Assembly: GCA_965221775.1 (NCBI GenBank)
Contig: CBDCSU010000006.1
Coordinates: 1,664,001-1,728,000 of the forward strand
Reading direction: 5' to 3'
DNA length: 64,000 nucleotides
Origin: Candidatus Latescibacterota bacterium
GTDB taxonomy: Bacteria > Latescibacterota > UBA2968 > UBA8231
The notes beneath the pieces were generated by a model that made no database searches, was not told the origin of the DNA, and worked only from the letters and a program-made list of their open reading frames with translations. Numbering within the stretch: the first letter of the stretch is position 1; each line of letters begins with the position of its first letter. This document shows positions 21,545 to 30,567 of this stretch, one piece after another. The position numbers and the translations under genes were made by a program.

Positions 21545-22282
21545 ATGGCAAGCCTGGGATACGACGACACCGACCTGATACCTGGACAGCCCTGGCGAGT
21601 CCACGACAGCCGGCGCCCGCACCCTCGCATCGTCACCCCCGCCGCCGCGCCGGGGGGGCCGCCCTCCGACGCGGTGGTGCTCTTCGACGGCACCGACCTG
21701 TCCGAGTGGGAGAGCGCCCGCAGCCCGGGGGAGGAGGCGGCCTGGAAGGTGGAGGACGGCCACGTGGAGGTCGTGCCCGGCACCGGGGACATTCAGACCG
21801 TCAAGCGCTTTGGCGACTGTCAGCTCCACCTGGAGTGGGCGAGCCCGTCCGAGGTCTCCGGCGAGAGCCAGGGCCGCGGCAACAGCGGCGTCTTCCTCAT
21901 GGGGCTCTACGAGATCCAGGTCCTCGACGGCTACGACAACCCCACCTACGCCGACGGCGGCGCCGGCTCCATCTACGGCCAGTTCCCGCCCTTCGTGAAC
22001 GCCTGCCGCCCACCGGGGGAGTGGCAGTCCTACGACCTCGTATTCGAGACCCCGCGCTGGGACGAGGGCTGGCTGGTGGAGCCGGCGCGCCTCACCCTGT
22101 TCCACAACGGCCTGCTGCTGCACCACCGCCAGGAGGCGCAGGGGCCCACGGGTCACCGCAACACCTGCTCCTACGCCACGCAACACGACGAGGAAGGCCC
22201 CCTGAAGCTGCAGGACCACGGCAACCCGACGCGCTTCCGCAACATCTGGATGCGGCCGCTCACCGACTACGACGCCGAATGA
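21545..22282 (+). CDS. DUF1080 / 3-keto-disaccharide hydrolase family, copy 2
   Basis: PPSDAVVLFDG, GNSGVF, YEIQVLD, LQDHGNPTRFRNIW. Confidence 0.92.
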   Translation: MASLGYDDTDLIPGQPWRVHDSRRPHPRIVTPAAAPGGPPSDAVVLFDGTDLSEWESARSPGEEAAWKVEDGHVEVVPGTGDIQTVKRFGDCQLHLEWASPSEVSGESQGRGNSGVFLMGLYEIQVLDGYDNPTYADGGAGSIYGQFPPFVNACRPPGEWQSYDLVFETPRWDEGWLVEPARLTLFHNGLLLHHRQEAQGPTGHRNTCSYATQHDEEGPLKLQDHGNPTRFRNIWMRPLTDYDAE

Positions 22283-24858
22283 GGCCGGCCGCCGCCGGGA
22301 TCCTCGGCCCGGGCACGGCCCTGGTCCTTGCGATGGCCGTGGCCGCCTGGCCCTCCACCGGGCCGGTGGTCTCCGTGGTGCGCTCCGACGACGCCGGCCT
22401 GCCGGCGCCGGTGCCCGCCGACCAGTCCCTCGACTACGCCGCCCACGTCCGGCCCATGGTCCGCGCCGCCGTGGAGCGCTCCGGCCTCCGGGAACGGGTC
22501 CAGGCCGCCCGCCCGGGCCCCGACGGCGTCGTCGACGTGGTCTGCAAGGTCAACATCGTTCACGTCGACCATGTGCCGGGCGACATCACCGACTCTCGGG
22601 TGGTCAAGGCGCTCCTCGAGGCGGTCCACGAGTGGGCTCCGGGCGCCCGGCTGACGATCGCCGAGGGCGGCGTCTGGATACCGCCGGAGCGCAAGGACCT
22701 GATCGCGCTGCTCGACCGCGTGGAGGTCGGCGACGGCTTCGAGGCCGCCGGGTACCGCGCCCTGCTCCGCGACCCCGACCTCGCCGGCGCCGACCTGCGC
22801 ATCGTCGACCTCAACTACGACGACGCCGTCGAGGTGGAGCCGCCGGGCGGAGGGCTGTCGGCCGAGAGCTACTGGGTGCCGCGGACGGTGCGGGAGGCGG
22901 AGGTCCTGATCAGCGTGCCGGTGCTCAAGATCACCGGCGTCGTGGGCATGACCGTGGCGATGAAGAACCTGATCGGCATCGCCCCGGGACTGAAGTACGG
23001 CTGGCCGAAGCTGAGAGGCTGGCCCCCGGAGTCGGGCAGCCCCGGCCTGTGGCACACGCACCAGACCCTCGACGAGACGATCGTCGACCTGGCCGGCGTG
23101 GCCGGGGTGGACTTCGCCGTGGTCGACGGCATCGTCGGCATGGAGCGGGAACGGATCCGCTCGGAGGGCGGCTTTCCCGTGCGCGTCAACACGATCGTGG
23201 CCGGCCCGGACATGCTCGCCGTCGACGCCGTGGCCGCCCGGCTGATGGGGTTGAACCCCGCCGACATGGAGTTTCTGCAGGTCGGACAGCGCCTCGGCCT
23301 GGGGGTGGCCGACCTCGACCGCCTCCGGGTGCGGGACGACCTCGAGGACCTCGTCCGCCGCTTCGAGAAGAAGCCCCACGACGAGAACTCCCGCTACGGC
23401 ATGGGCAACCGCACCTGGCTCCTCAAGGGCCCGGTTCCCGTTGACGCCGACGCCGGCCTCGATCCGGCGGTCACGCCCCGTCCCGGCGCCGGCGGCTGGT
23501 CCGGCTCCGTCTACTTCCACGACGACCGGATCGACCTCGACCGCCACTTCTCCGACCCCACCCACTGCGTGGTCTACGCCTACGCCGAGTTCGACGCCCC
23601 CCGCGACGAGCCCGCCGAGCTGTGGGTCGGGTCGGACGAGGGTCTGACGGTCTGGATCGACGGGCGGGAGCTCCACCGGTTCCGCGGCCGGCGGCGTCAC
23701 TTCCTGCCCTGCGAGCGCGTGCCCATCCACCTGACGAAGGGCCGCCACCGGGTGCTCGTGCGCGCCGAGCAGCGGCGCGGCGACTTCGACTTCAGCCTCA
23801 AGCTGTGCGAGGCGGAAGAGGACGAGCGCTACGACGGCAACGCCGTTCTCGGCCTGCGCTGGCGCACCCCCGAAGGAGCGGGGCCGGCAACGGAGGTCCG
23901 GGTCCAGCAGGGCCGCCGCACCCTGCCCTGGTACGCCGAGACCCTGGTGGACGAGACCCGGCGCGGCCACCTGCTCCTCTCCGCCATCCTGCCGGCCCAC
24001 GGACAGACCGCCTGGGCGGGGATGGAGCGGGCGGTCATGTGGGCCAACCCGATGGAGCTGTCCATCGACCTCACGGGCCCGGCCCCCCGCATCATCACCG
24101 ACAACCTCTCCGCCTTCCGGCTGAACCGCACCGGCCCCCTGGCCGGGCTCCGGTCCTCCGCGGCGGTGTCGATCGACGGCTCCGAGGTGGCCCTCGGCGG
24201 CGGCGACCAGCTCTGCCTGGCCCGGGACGAGGCGGGCTCCTGGCGGGCCGGGGACCCGTCGGCGTGCGAATCGGTGCCCCCCGTGGCCACGGCGGCCGCC
24301 ACCCTGGCGAACGACGATCTCACCGGGCCCTGGTACGACACGGCCCTCGGCAACTGGTTCTGCGACTCCATCCTCTTCGCCACCGGCGCCGAGATCGCCT
24401 TCCAGAACAACGCCGGCATCCGCCAGCCCCTGGAGGAGGGGCAGATCACCATCGGCGCCATCTTCCGCATGAACTTCCGCGACGAGCTCTACACCTTCGA
24501 GCTCACCGGCGCCGAGGTGCTCGACATCCTCGAGTTCGACGCCCGGGACGGCAAGGAACGGCCGATGCAGGTGGCGGGCCTCTCCTATGCCGTGGACCGG
24601 TCGCGGCCCGAGGGCCGGCGGGTGGTCGAGCACGACCTCGACCTGCAGCGGACCTACAAGCTGGCCGCCGAGGACTACCTCGTCCTGCGGGCAGACCGGT
24701 TCTTCGACCGCGAGGTAAAGTGGACCAACACGGAGGTACAGATCGTGGACGCCCAGATCCGCTACGCCAGCCGGCAGGGGACGGTGACGCCGCCGCCCTT
24801 GGGACGGATCCGGCGGCTGGACGCGCCCGCCGGCGCCGACCGCGAGGAAGCCCCGTGA
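22279..24858 (+). CDS. Secreted multidomain protein: DUF362 + PA14-like beta-sandwich + 5'-nucleotidase C-terminal domain
   Basis: Signal peptide; KVN, IAEG, ISVPVLK and TVAMKNLIG (DUF362); LWVGSDEGLTVWIDG; LGNWFCD...NNAGIR...QVAGLSY (5'-NT C domain); ATGA overlap. Confidence 0.8.
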   Translation: MRPAAAGILGPGTALVLAMAVAAWPSTGPVVSVVRSDDAGLPAPVPADQSLDYAAHVRPMVRAAVERSGLRERVQAARPGPDGVVDVVCKVNIVHVDHVPGDITDSRVVKALLEAVHEWAPGARLTIAEGGVWIPPERKDLIALLDRVEVGDGFEAAGYRALLRDPDLAGADLRIVDLNYDDAVEVEPPGGGLSAESYWVPRTVREAEVLISVPVLKITGVVGMTVAMKNLIGIAPGLKYGWPKLRGWPPESGSPGLWHTHQTLDETIVDLAGVAGVDFAVVDGIVGMERERIRSEGGFPVRVNTIVAGPDMLAVDAVAARLMGLNPADMEFLQVGQRLGLGVADLDRLRVRDDLEDLVRRFEKKPHDENSRYGMGNRTWLLKGPVPVDADAGLDPAVTPRPGAGGWSGSVYFHDDRIDLDRHFSDPTHCVVYAYAEFDAPRDEPAELWVGSDEGLTVWIDGRELHRFRGRRRHFLPCERVPIHLTKGRHRVLVRAEQRRGDFDFSLKLCEAEEDERYDGNAVLGLRWRTPEGAGPATEVRVQQGRRTLPWYAETLVDETRRGHLLLSAILPAHGQTAWAGMERAVMWANPMELSIDLTGPAPRIITDNLSAFRLNRTGPLAGLRSSAAVSIDGSEVALGGGDQLCLARDEAGSWRAGDPSACESVPPVATAAATLANDDLTGPWYDTALGNWFCDSILFATGAEIAFQNNAGIRQPLEEGQITIGAIFRMNFRDELYTFELTGAEVLDILEFDARDGKERPMQVAGLSYAVDRSRPEGRRVVEHDLDLQRTYKLAAEDYLVLRADRFFDREVKWTNTEVQIVDAQIRYASRQGTVTPPPLGRIRRLDAPAGADREEAP

Positions 24859-26231
24859 CCCGGGCCCCCGCACGCGGCATCGACCGCCCGGCGCTGGACG
24901 CCGCCTGCGCCGAGGAGGAGGCCGTCTTCGCGGAGCGCAACCCGCGCTCGGCGGCGATGTTCGCCCGCGCCGCCGGCTCCCTGCCCGGCGGCAACACGCG
25001 CACCGGCGTGCACATGCCCCCCTTTCCCCTGTATGCCGAGCGGGGCGAGGGCGTCTGGCTGCACGACCTCGACGGCCACCGGCTGCTGGACTTCGTCAAC
25101 AACAACACCGCCCTCGTCCTCGGACACGCCCATCCCGCCGTGGTCTCGGCCCTGCGGGAGGCCGTGGGCCGGGGCACCGGGTTCAGCCGCCCCACCGCCC
25201 TCGAGGTCGAGATGGCCGAGCTCATCCGCCGGCGGCTGCCGTCGCTGGAGCGGCTGCGGTTCTGCAGCTCCGGCTCCGAGGCCGTGATCAACGCCCTGAG
25301 GGCCGCCCGCGCCTTCACCGGGCGCACGGGGACGGCCAAGTTCGAGGGCGCCTTCCACGGCATCGACGACCACGCCATGGTCAGCTACCTGCCGCCGGTC
25401 GGTCCGGACCTCGGTCCCGCCGAGGCGCCGCACTCCGTGGCTTCCACGGCGGGTCTCTCCTCGGCGGCCCTCGAGGACGTGGTGGTCCTGCCCTTCAACG
25501 ACGCCGGCGCCGTCGAGGCCATCCTCGCCGAGCATGGCAGCCGGCTCGCCGCCGTCATCGTCGATCCCCTGTCCACGGCGGCGGGGCTGGCCCTGCCCCA
25601 GGAGGGCTTCCTCGAGCGGGTGCGGGATGCCGCCCACCGCGCCGGGGCCCTGCTCGTCTTCGACGAGATCGTCAGCTTCCGCATGGGGCCGGGAGGGGTG
25701 CAGGAGCATCTGGGCGTGCGGCCCGACCTGACCTGCCTCGGCAAGGTCATCGCCGGCGGCACCCCGGGAGCTGTCTTCGGGGGCCGCAAGGAGGTCATGG
25801 CCCTCTACGATCCCGGCCGCGGCGCCAGGATCCCCCAGTCGGGGACGTTCAACGCCAACCCCTTCGCCCTGACCGCGGGCAAGGTCACACTGGAGACGAT
25901 GACCCCCGCCGCCTACGCGCGGATCGCGGAGCTGGCGCAGGCCGCGGCCCGGGGGCTGGAGCGGGTCTTCGGTGAGTTGGGGCTGGCGGCCTGCGTGGTC
26001 GTGGCCGGCTCGATCTTCCGCGTCTACTTCCTGGAGAAGCCGCCGCGCAACTACCGCGAGGCGGCGGCCGACGACGCGCCGCTGCAGCGCTGGCTGCACC
26101 TGCGCCTGCTGAACCGCGGGATCTACTGGCGGCAGGGGGGCAGCATCTCCCTGCCCCTGGAGGGCGAGCACGTGGACCAGCTCGTGGAGACGGTGCGCGA
26201 CAGCCTGGCGGAGTTGACGCGGGAGGGCTGA
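24855..26231 (+). CDS. Class III PLP aminotransferase (glutamate-1-semialdehyde aminomutase-like)
   Basis: LPGGNTR, LGHAHP, SGSEA, KFEGAFHG, FDEIV, LGKVIAGG, SGTFNANP. Confidence 0.9.
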   Translation: MTRAPARGIDRPALDAACAEEEAVFAERNPRSAAMFARAAGSLPGGNTRTGVHMPPFPLYAERGEGVWLHDLDGHRLLDFVNNNTALVLGHAHPAVVSALREAVGRGTGFSRPTALEVEMAELIRRRLPSLERLRFCSSGSEAVINALRAARAFTGRTGTAKFEGAFHGIDDHAMVSYLPPVGPDLGPAEAPHSVASTAGLSSAALEDVVVLPFNDAGAVEAILAEHGSRLAAVIVDPLSTAAGLALPQEGFLERVRDAAHRAGALLVFDEIVSFRMGPGGVQEHLGVRPDLTCLGKVIAGGTPGAVFGGRKEVMALYDPGRGARIPQSGTFNANPFALTAGKVTLETMTPAAYARIAELAQAAARGLERVFGELGLAACVVVAGSIFRVYFLEKPPRNYREAAADDAPLQRWLHLRLLNRGIYWRQGGSISLPLEGEHVDQLVETVRDSLAELTREG

Positions 26232-26246
26232 GGACGAGGAGGCACC

Positions 26247-26624
26247 GTGAGCTGTCCCTTCTGTCCACCGCAGGTCGAGGACCAACCCGTACCGCTCGAG
26301 AACGAGTCGAGCCTCTTCATCGATCTGAAGCACCCGGTCCTGCAAGGGTCCGGGGTCATCGTGCCGAGAGCCCACCGGCCGTCGGTCTTCGATCTCACAC
26401 CGGAGGAGATCACCTCCGCCTTCTCACTCCTGGCGGAGGTCAAGGCCCTCCTCGACGCCGAGCACGAACCGCAGGGATACAACGTGGGGTGGAACTGCGG
26501 CGCCGTGGCCGGACAGACCGTGTTCCACGCCCACCTGCACGTGATTCCGCGCTACGCGGCCGAACCCCACGCCGGCAAGGGCATCCGCTACTGGATCAAG
26601 CAGGAATCCAATCGCCGCACCTGA
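26247..26624 (+). CDS. HIT family hydrolase
   Basis: CPFC, AGQTVFHAHLHVIPR histidine triad. Confidence 0.93.
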   Translation: MSCPFCPPQVEDQPVPLENESSLFIDLKHPVLQGSGVIVPRAHRPSVFDLTPEEITSAFSLLAEVKALLDAEHEPQGYNVGWNCGAVAGQTVFHAHLHVIPRYAAEPHAGKGIRYWIKQESNRRT

Positions 26625-26637
26625 CCCCGGCCACGCC

Positions 26638-26699
26638 CGGTCGGGTTCGGGTTGACGTTGGTCCTGGCTGACGCCGCGCCCGGGCAGCCGGTGCGCGGG
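26638..26699 (-). repeat. Degenerate copy of the 3' part of the K+ channel gene (matches 26858-26928)
   Basis: cggtcgggttcgggttgacgttggtc versus cggtcgggtccgggttgacgttggtc (25/26 identical), then shared gcagccggtgcgcggg. Confidence 0.8.
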
Positions 26700-26736
26700 G
26701 TCTGCAGGCCGTGTGCGCAGGCGGTCTCGCGCACGT

Positions 26737-26755
26737 CCCCCCCCCCCCCCCCCCC
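26737..26755. repeat. C19 homopolymer run
   Basis: 19 consecutive C just downstream of the K+ channel stop codon. Confidence 0.9.
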
Positions 26756-26771
26756 GGCACCTCGTACGGCC

Positions 26772-28457
26772 TCAGACGCCGCTGAACTCCTTGAGGAAGA
26801 GGCGCTCGCCCTCGGCCGTGGCGATGAGGATCATCTCGCCGCCCGCCGGCAGGGCCTCGGTCGGGTCCGGGTTGACGTTGGTCGAGCCATCCTGGCGGAC
26901 GGCCACGACGGAGCAGCCGGTGCGCGGGCGGATCCCGGACCCCGCGATGCTGGCGCCGGCCAGGTCCCGGGGCACGGGCAGGCGGATCACGCCCAGTCCC
27001 TCGGCGATCGTCAAGGTGCTGCTGCGCTCCAGCAGGTTGGTGATCTCGCGGGCCCCCATGGACGGATAGGACATGACGAAGTCGGTGCCGGCGCGGTGCA
27101 GGGTCGGCACGTTGCGGTCCTGGTTCGCCCGGGCGATGATCTGGATGTCGGGGCGCAGCCGGCGGCAGTAGATGGCCAGGTAGATGTTGGTCTCGTCGTC
27201 CCGCGTGGTCAGCACCACCGCCGGCGCCGTGTCGATGCCGGCCTCCTGCAGCACCTCCAGCTCCGCCGCCGAACCCGTCACGATCGTGCGGTCATCTTCC
27301 CCGGCGGCCTCCGGATCGCGCTCGACGATGCGGTAGTCGACCCTGCGCTCGGCCAGGGAGCGCGCCGTGGCGCGGCCGACGCGGCCGGCGCCGATGATGA
27401 TCACCGGCTCGGCGGACTGGTTGTAGATGGCGAAGAGGCTGTTGTAGCGGTAGAGCTGGTCGTGGTCGGCGGCGAGGACGAGGACGGTCTGGGCGGTGAT
27501 GAGGGTCTCCGGCCGCGCCGGCTGGAACTGCCCCCGCTCCCAGACGCCGATCACGTGGATGCCCACCTTCCTGCGCAGGTCCGCCTCGACCAGGGTCTGG
27601 CCGACGATGGGCGTGTTCGTCGTCGTCGCCTCGGCGATGAGCAACTCGCCGAACTCGCCGATGACGTGGGCCATGGCGTCGCCCGCCGTGGTGCGCCGCG
27701 CCAGGGACTCGCCCAGCAGATCGCCCAACTGCAGCACCCGGTTGCAGCCCGCCAGCTCGAGGATGTCCACCGAGGCCGTCAGGTCGGCGGTGCCGATGAT
27801 CGGCGTGTCCTCGGAGATGGCCCGCACCGTCGAGGCGATCTGCGTGTTCGTCTCGTCGGAACGGGCGGTGACCACGAGGGCGGCGTCGGCCACCCGGGCG
27901 CCGCGGTAGGTCCTGGGATCGTCGAGGTCGCCGAGGATCACGTTGATCCCCTCGTCGGCCAGGCGCGCGGCCTCCGCCGGGTCCGGCTCGATCAGCACGT
28001 ACGAGTACTGGAACTGCACGAGCCGCTCGATCAGGGCCACGGACATGGCGTCGTGCTGCACGAGGATGACGTGGTCGCGGGTGCCGGCGTCGAGCTTGCG
28101 CGGCCGGCGCCTGAGGGCCTGGGCCTCCATCCACGGCATCCAGAAGAACTGCAGGAAGGTCAGGGGCAGCAGGATCAGCATGAAGATCGTGCCGCTGATG
28201 AGCACGACGGCGGTGAAGATCCTCCCGGGAACGGCCTCGAAGGTGATGTCGCCGAAGCCGGTGGTGGACATGGTGGTGAGCGTCCAGTACACCCCGTCGA
28301 ACCAGGAGAAATGCTTGCCCTCGTGGAGCATGAGCAGGTGAAAGAGGACACTGTAGAGGAGGCCGATGAGGAGGAAGGCGGAGAGCACCCACAGGAGCCG
28401 CACGATGCCCCGGCGGCGCCCGCGATGCTCGAGGAAGAAGGCGATCAGTCTCAGCAC
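26772..28457 (-). CDS. Potassium channel family protein with tandem RCK (TrkA-N/TrkA-C) domains
   Basis: Pore signature TMSTTGFGD, IIGAGRVG, two TrkA-N/C pairs; GTG start after GGAG. Confidence 0.9.
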   Translation of the reverse strand: MLRLIAFFLEHRGRRRGIVRLLWVLSAFLLIGLLYSVLFHLLMLHEGKHFSWFDGVYWTLTTMSTTGFGDITFEAVPGRIFTAVVLISGTIFMLILLPLTFLQFFWMPWMEAQALRRRPRKLDAGTRDHVILVQHDAMSVALIERLVQFQYSYVLIEPDPAEAARLADEGINVILGDLDDPRTYRGARVADAALVVTARSDETNTQIASTVRAISEDTPIIGTADLTASVDILELAGCNRVLQLGDLLGESLARRTTAGDAMAHVIGEFGELLIAEATTTNTPIVGQTLVEADLRRKVGIHVIGVWERGQFQPARPETLITAQTVLVLAADHDQLYRYNSLFAIYNQSAEPVIIIGAGRVGRATARSLAERRVDYRIVERDPEAAGEDDRTIVTGSAAELEVLQEAGIDTAPAVVLTTRDDETNIYLAIYCRRLRPDIQIIARANQDRNVPTLHRAGTDFVMSYPSMGAREITNLLERSSTLTIAEGLGVIRLPVPRDLAGASIAGSGIRPRTGCSVVAVRQDGSTNVNPDPTEALPAGGEMILIATAEGERLFLKEFSGV

Positions 28458-28558
28458 CGGGCGTCTCCCTGAGGCGGCCGTCCCTTTGGGAGGAAGAGCC
28501 GCACGATACCCCGGCTCCGACCGCGGTGCTCGAGGAAGAAGGCGCTCAGGCTCGGCAC
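28451..28558 (-). pseudogene. 35-aa remnant or leader ORF duplicating the K+ channel N-terminus
   Basis: VPSLSAFFLEHRGRSRGIVRL versus VLRLIAFFLEHRGRRRGIVRL; strong AGGAGG RBS; stop codon overlaps the channel start region. Confidence 0.7.
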
Positions 28559-28711
28559 CGATGTCCTCCTCTCGTTGCGGGCCCGGGCAGGGGCAGAAAA
28601 GGTAGGCTCCGGGCCCCGGGGGCGCACCGGGCATCCCCGGCCGGTTTTCCGGTCCCCCGGTCGTCCGCTCCTCGCTTCGGCGCGCCGGACAGGCCCTTCA
28701 TCCGGCGCTGA

Positions 28712-29612
28712 CTCTGCACCGGCTGCAGCCTGTTTCAGCGAGGCTCCGGACCCGGCACCGATCTGGTCTTCCCGGAGGGCTTCCGGTTCGGCGCCGCCAC
28801 CTCGGCCTACCAGGTCGAGGGCGCCTGGCAGGAGGACGGCAAGGGCCTGTCGGTCCTCGACTTCTACACCAACGAGATCGGGATCGCCGCAGGGGCGACG
28901 GGCAACGTCGCCATCGACCACTACCACCGCTACGGAGAGGACATCGACCATCTGCGCCGGTTGGGCATCGACACCTACCGGTTCTCCATCGCCTGGCCGC
29001 GGATCCTTCCCCAGGGGGTCGGGCCGGTGAACGAGGCCGGACTCAGGCACTACGGCGCGGTCATCGACTCGCTGCGGGCGGCGGGTATCGAGCCGGTGGT
29101 CACCCTCTACCACCAGGACCTGCCGCTGGAGCTGGGGCGCCGCGGCGGCTGGGCCAATCCCCGGTCACCCGAGTGGTTCGCCGGGTACGCCCGCGTCCTC
29201 TTCAAGGCCTACGGCGACCGGGTGTCCACCTGGATCACGCTGAACGAGCCCTACATGGAAACCATGTACATCGGCAGCATCGCCAAGGGGCTGCTGCACC
29301 TGGCCCCCGATGGCCGCTTCGTCCCGGTGCCGGGGGAGGCGCTGGCGGCGCAGGCCGTGGATACCCACAACCACCTGCTGGCCCACGGCCGGGCGGTGGA
29401 GGTCTTCCGCGAGATGGGCCTGCCGGGCAGGATCGGGATCGCCCTGAACCTGTCTCCCGTGTACGCCGCGTCGGAGCGGCCGAAGGATGTCGCCGCGGCG
29501 CGGCTGGAGGACGGCATCCTCAACCGCTGGTTCCTCGACGCCCGTGCTGCGCGGGTCCTATCCGGAGGACGTGCTGCAGCGCTACCGCGCCGCGGGACTG
29601 AGGACCGCGTGA
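28712..29612 (+). pseudogene. GH1 beta-glucosidase fragment (no start codon, frameshift near 29540, C-terminal half missing)
   Basis: FPEGFRFGAATSAYQVEG, YRFSIAWPRI and TLNEP present; no (I/V)TENG nucleophile motif; WFLD continues as PVLRGSYPE in a shifted frame. Confidence 0.85.
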
Positions 29613-29857
29613 GCCAGGACCCGCCAGCCTCAGGCCGACCGGTCCAGGCCCCGGACGACGACCAGCCAGACGGGCGCGCTGTAGAGCCCCATCCAGGCGC
29701 TGCCGATGGCGCGGCCCGGAAGGGAGGCGCCGAGGGGAGCCCCCAGCATGACGGCGAAGTAGATCTCGAAGAGGAGGGTGTACAGCAGCCAGCCCGCCGC
29801 CGTCAGGAGGACGCCGCGCGGCGTGATGCGCGGCAGGGGTGGCAGGACCTGGGTCAT
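29582..29857 (-). pseudogene. Truncated membrane protein, possibly the N-terminus of a LytS/YehU-like sensor kinase
   Basis: Two hydrophobic helices; reading through TGA 29630 gives DRSA*GWRVLAHAVLSP; family assignment is from recalled similarity. Confidence 0.45.
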
Positions 29858-29911
29858 CTGCGGATGGCGTGCCGGGGCCGCTGCGGCCCCGCGGCCGGTG
29901 CCCCGCCGGGG

Positions 29912-30493
29912 TCAGGACTCTGCGGCGCCGTCGACCTCGAAGCCGCGGAGGGCGGCGCCGCAGGGATGCCCGTGCAGGGCCGGGGCCATGTGCACCTTGC
30001 GCAGGTAGTCGAGCGTCCCCGACAGCTCCTCGAAGCGGTCGGCCATGCCGCGGAAGAGCCGGGCCTGGCGGGCGCCCGCCAGCTGCAGGTGCTCGCCCAC
30101 GAGGCGGTAGCTCTCGCCCCCTTCCTTCAGGTAGTAGGAGAGGTGTCCGCCGGCCTCGACGTGGGGACGGAAGACGCCGGACAGGAAGAGGGCGTAGTCG
30201 CCGCAGTGGCGCCGCAGGTCGACCTCCCGGTCGAAGGACCAGGCCCGGTCCGAACCCCACTCCTCCATCAGCTCCAGCAGCAGGTCGGTGAGGGTGTGCA
30301 GCGGCCGTCCGCGGCTGTCGCGGACCCGGTACAGCTGGTCGGTGCGGGAAAAGCGGGCGAGCAGGTCGGTGACGTAGTCGGCCAGCTCCCCCGCGCCGAG
30401 TCCGAGGCTGGCGAAGCAGGGGCGCACCATGGCCCCGAAGAACCGGCGCAGCGCCGGCGGCGGGGGACGGGATGTGGATGCGCGGGAAACCAT
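29912..30493 (-). CDS. Conserved hypothetical helical protein
   Basis: ADYVTDLLARF...RRHCGDYALFLSGVF...YYLKEGGESY pattern; perfect TATAAT upstream. Confidence 0.7.
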   Translation of the reverse strand: MVSRASTSRPPPPALRRFFGAMVRPCFASLGLGAGELADYVTDLLARFSRTDQLYRVRDSRGRPLHTLTDLLLELMEEWGSDRAWSFDREVDLRRHCGDYALFLSGVFRPHVEAGGHLSYYLKEGGESYRLVGEHLQLAGARQARLFRGMADRFEELSGTLDYLRKVHMAPALHGHPCGAALRGFEVDGAAES

Positions 30494-30507
30494 GGCGGCC
30501 GCCGCAG

Positions 30508-30559
30508 ATTATAGGCCCTCGGATTGCGGTTGACACTGTCGAAGTGGAGAGGATACCCT
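30508..30559. promoter_or_regulatory. Overlapping divergent sigma70-type promoters
   Basis: Minus strand TATAAT at 30513-30508; plus strand TTGACA (30530-35)-N18-TACCCT (30554-59). Confidence 0.55.
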
Positions 30560-30567
30560 CACAGACC

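Larger units (their letters stand above)
20762..22287 (+). repeat. Tandem duplication with a unit of about 760 bp (DUF1080 gene plus flanks)
   Basis: Long identical stretches in both copies, e.g. gacggctacgacaaccccacctacgccgacggc; flanks gcctgaagg and gaatgaggccgg are also repeated. Confidence 0.9.

Noticed and set aside
28961-30514. 517-aa ORF read as a complete GH1 enzyme
   Set aside because: GH1 similarity ends at the frameshift near 29540; the remainder is antisense to other genes
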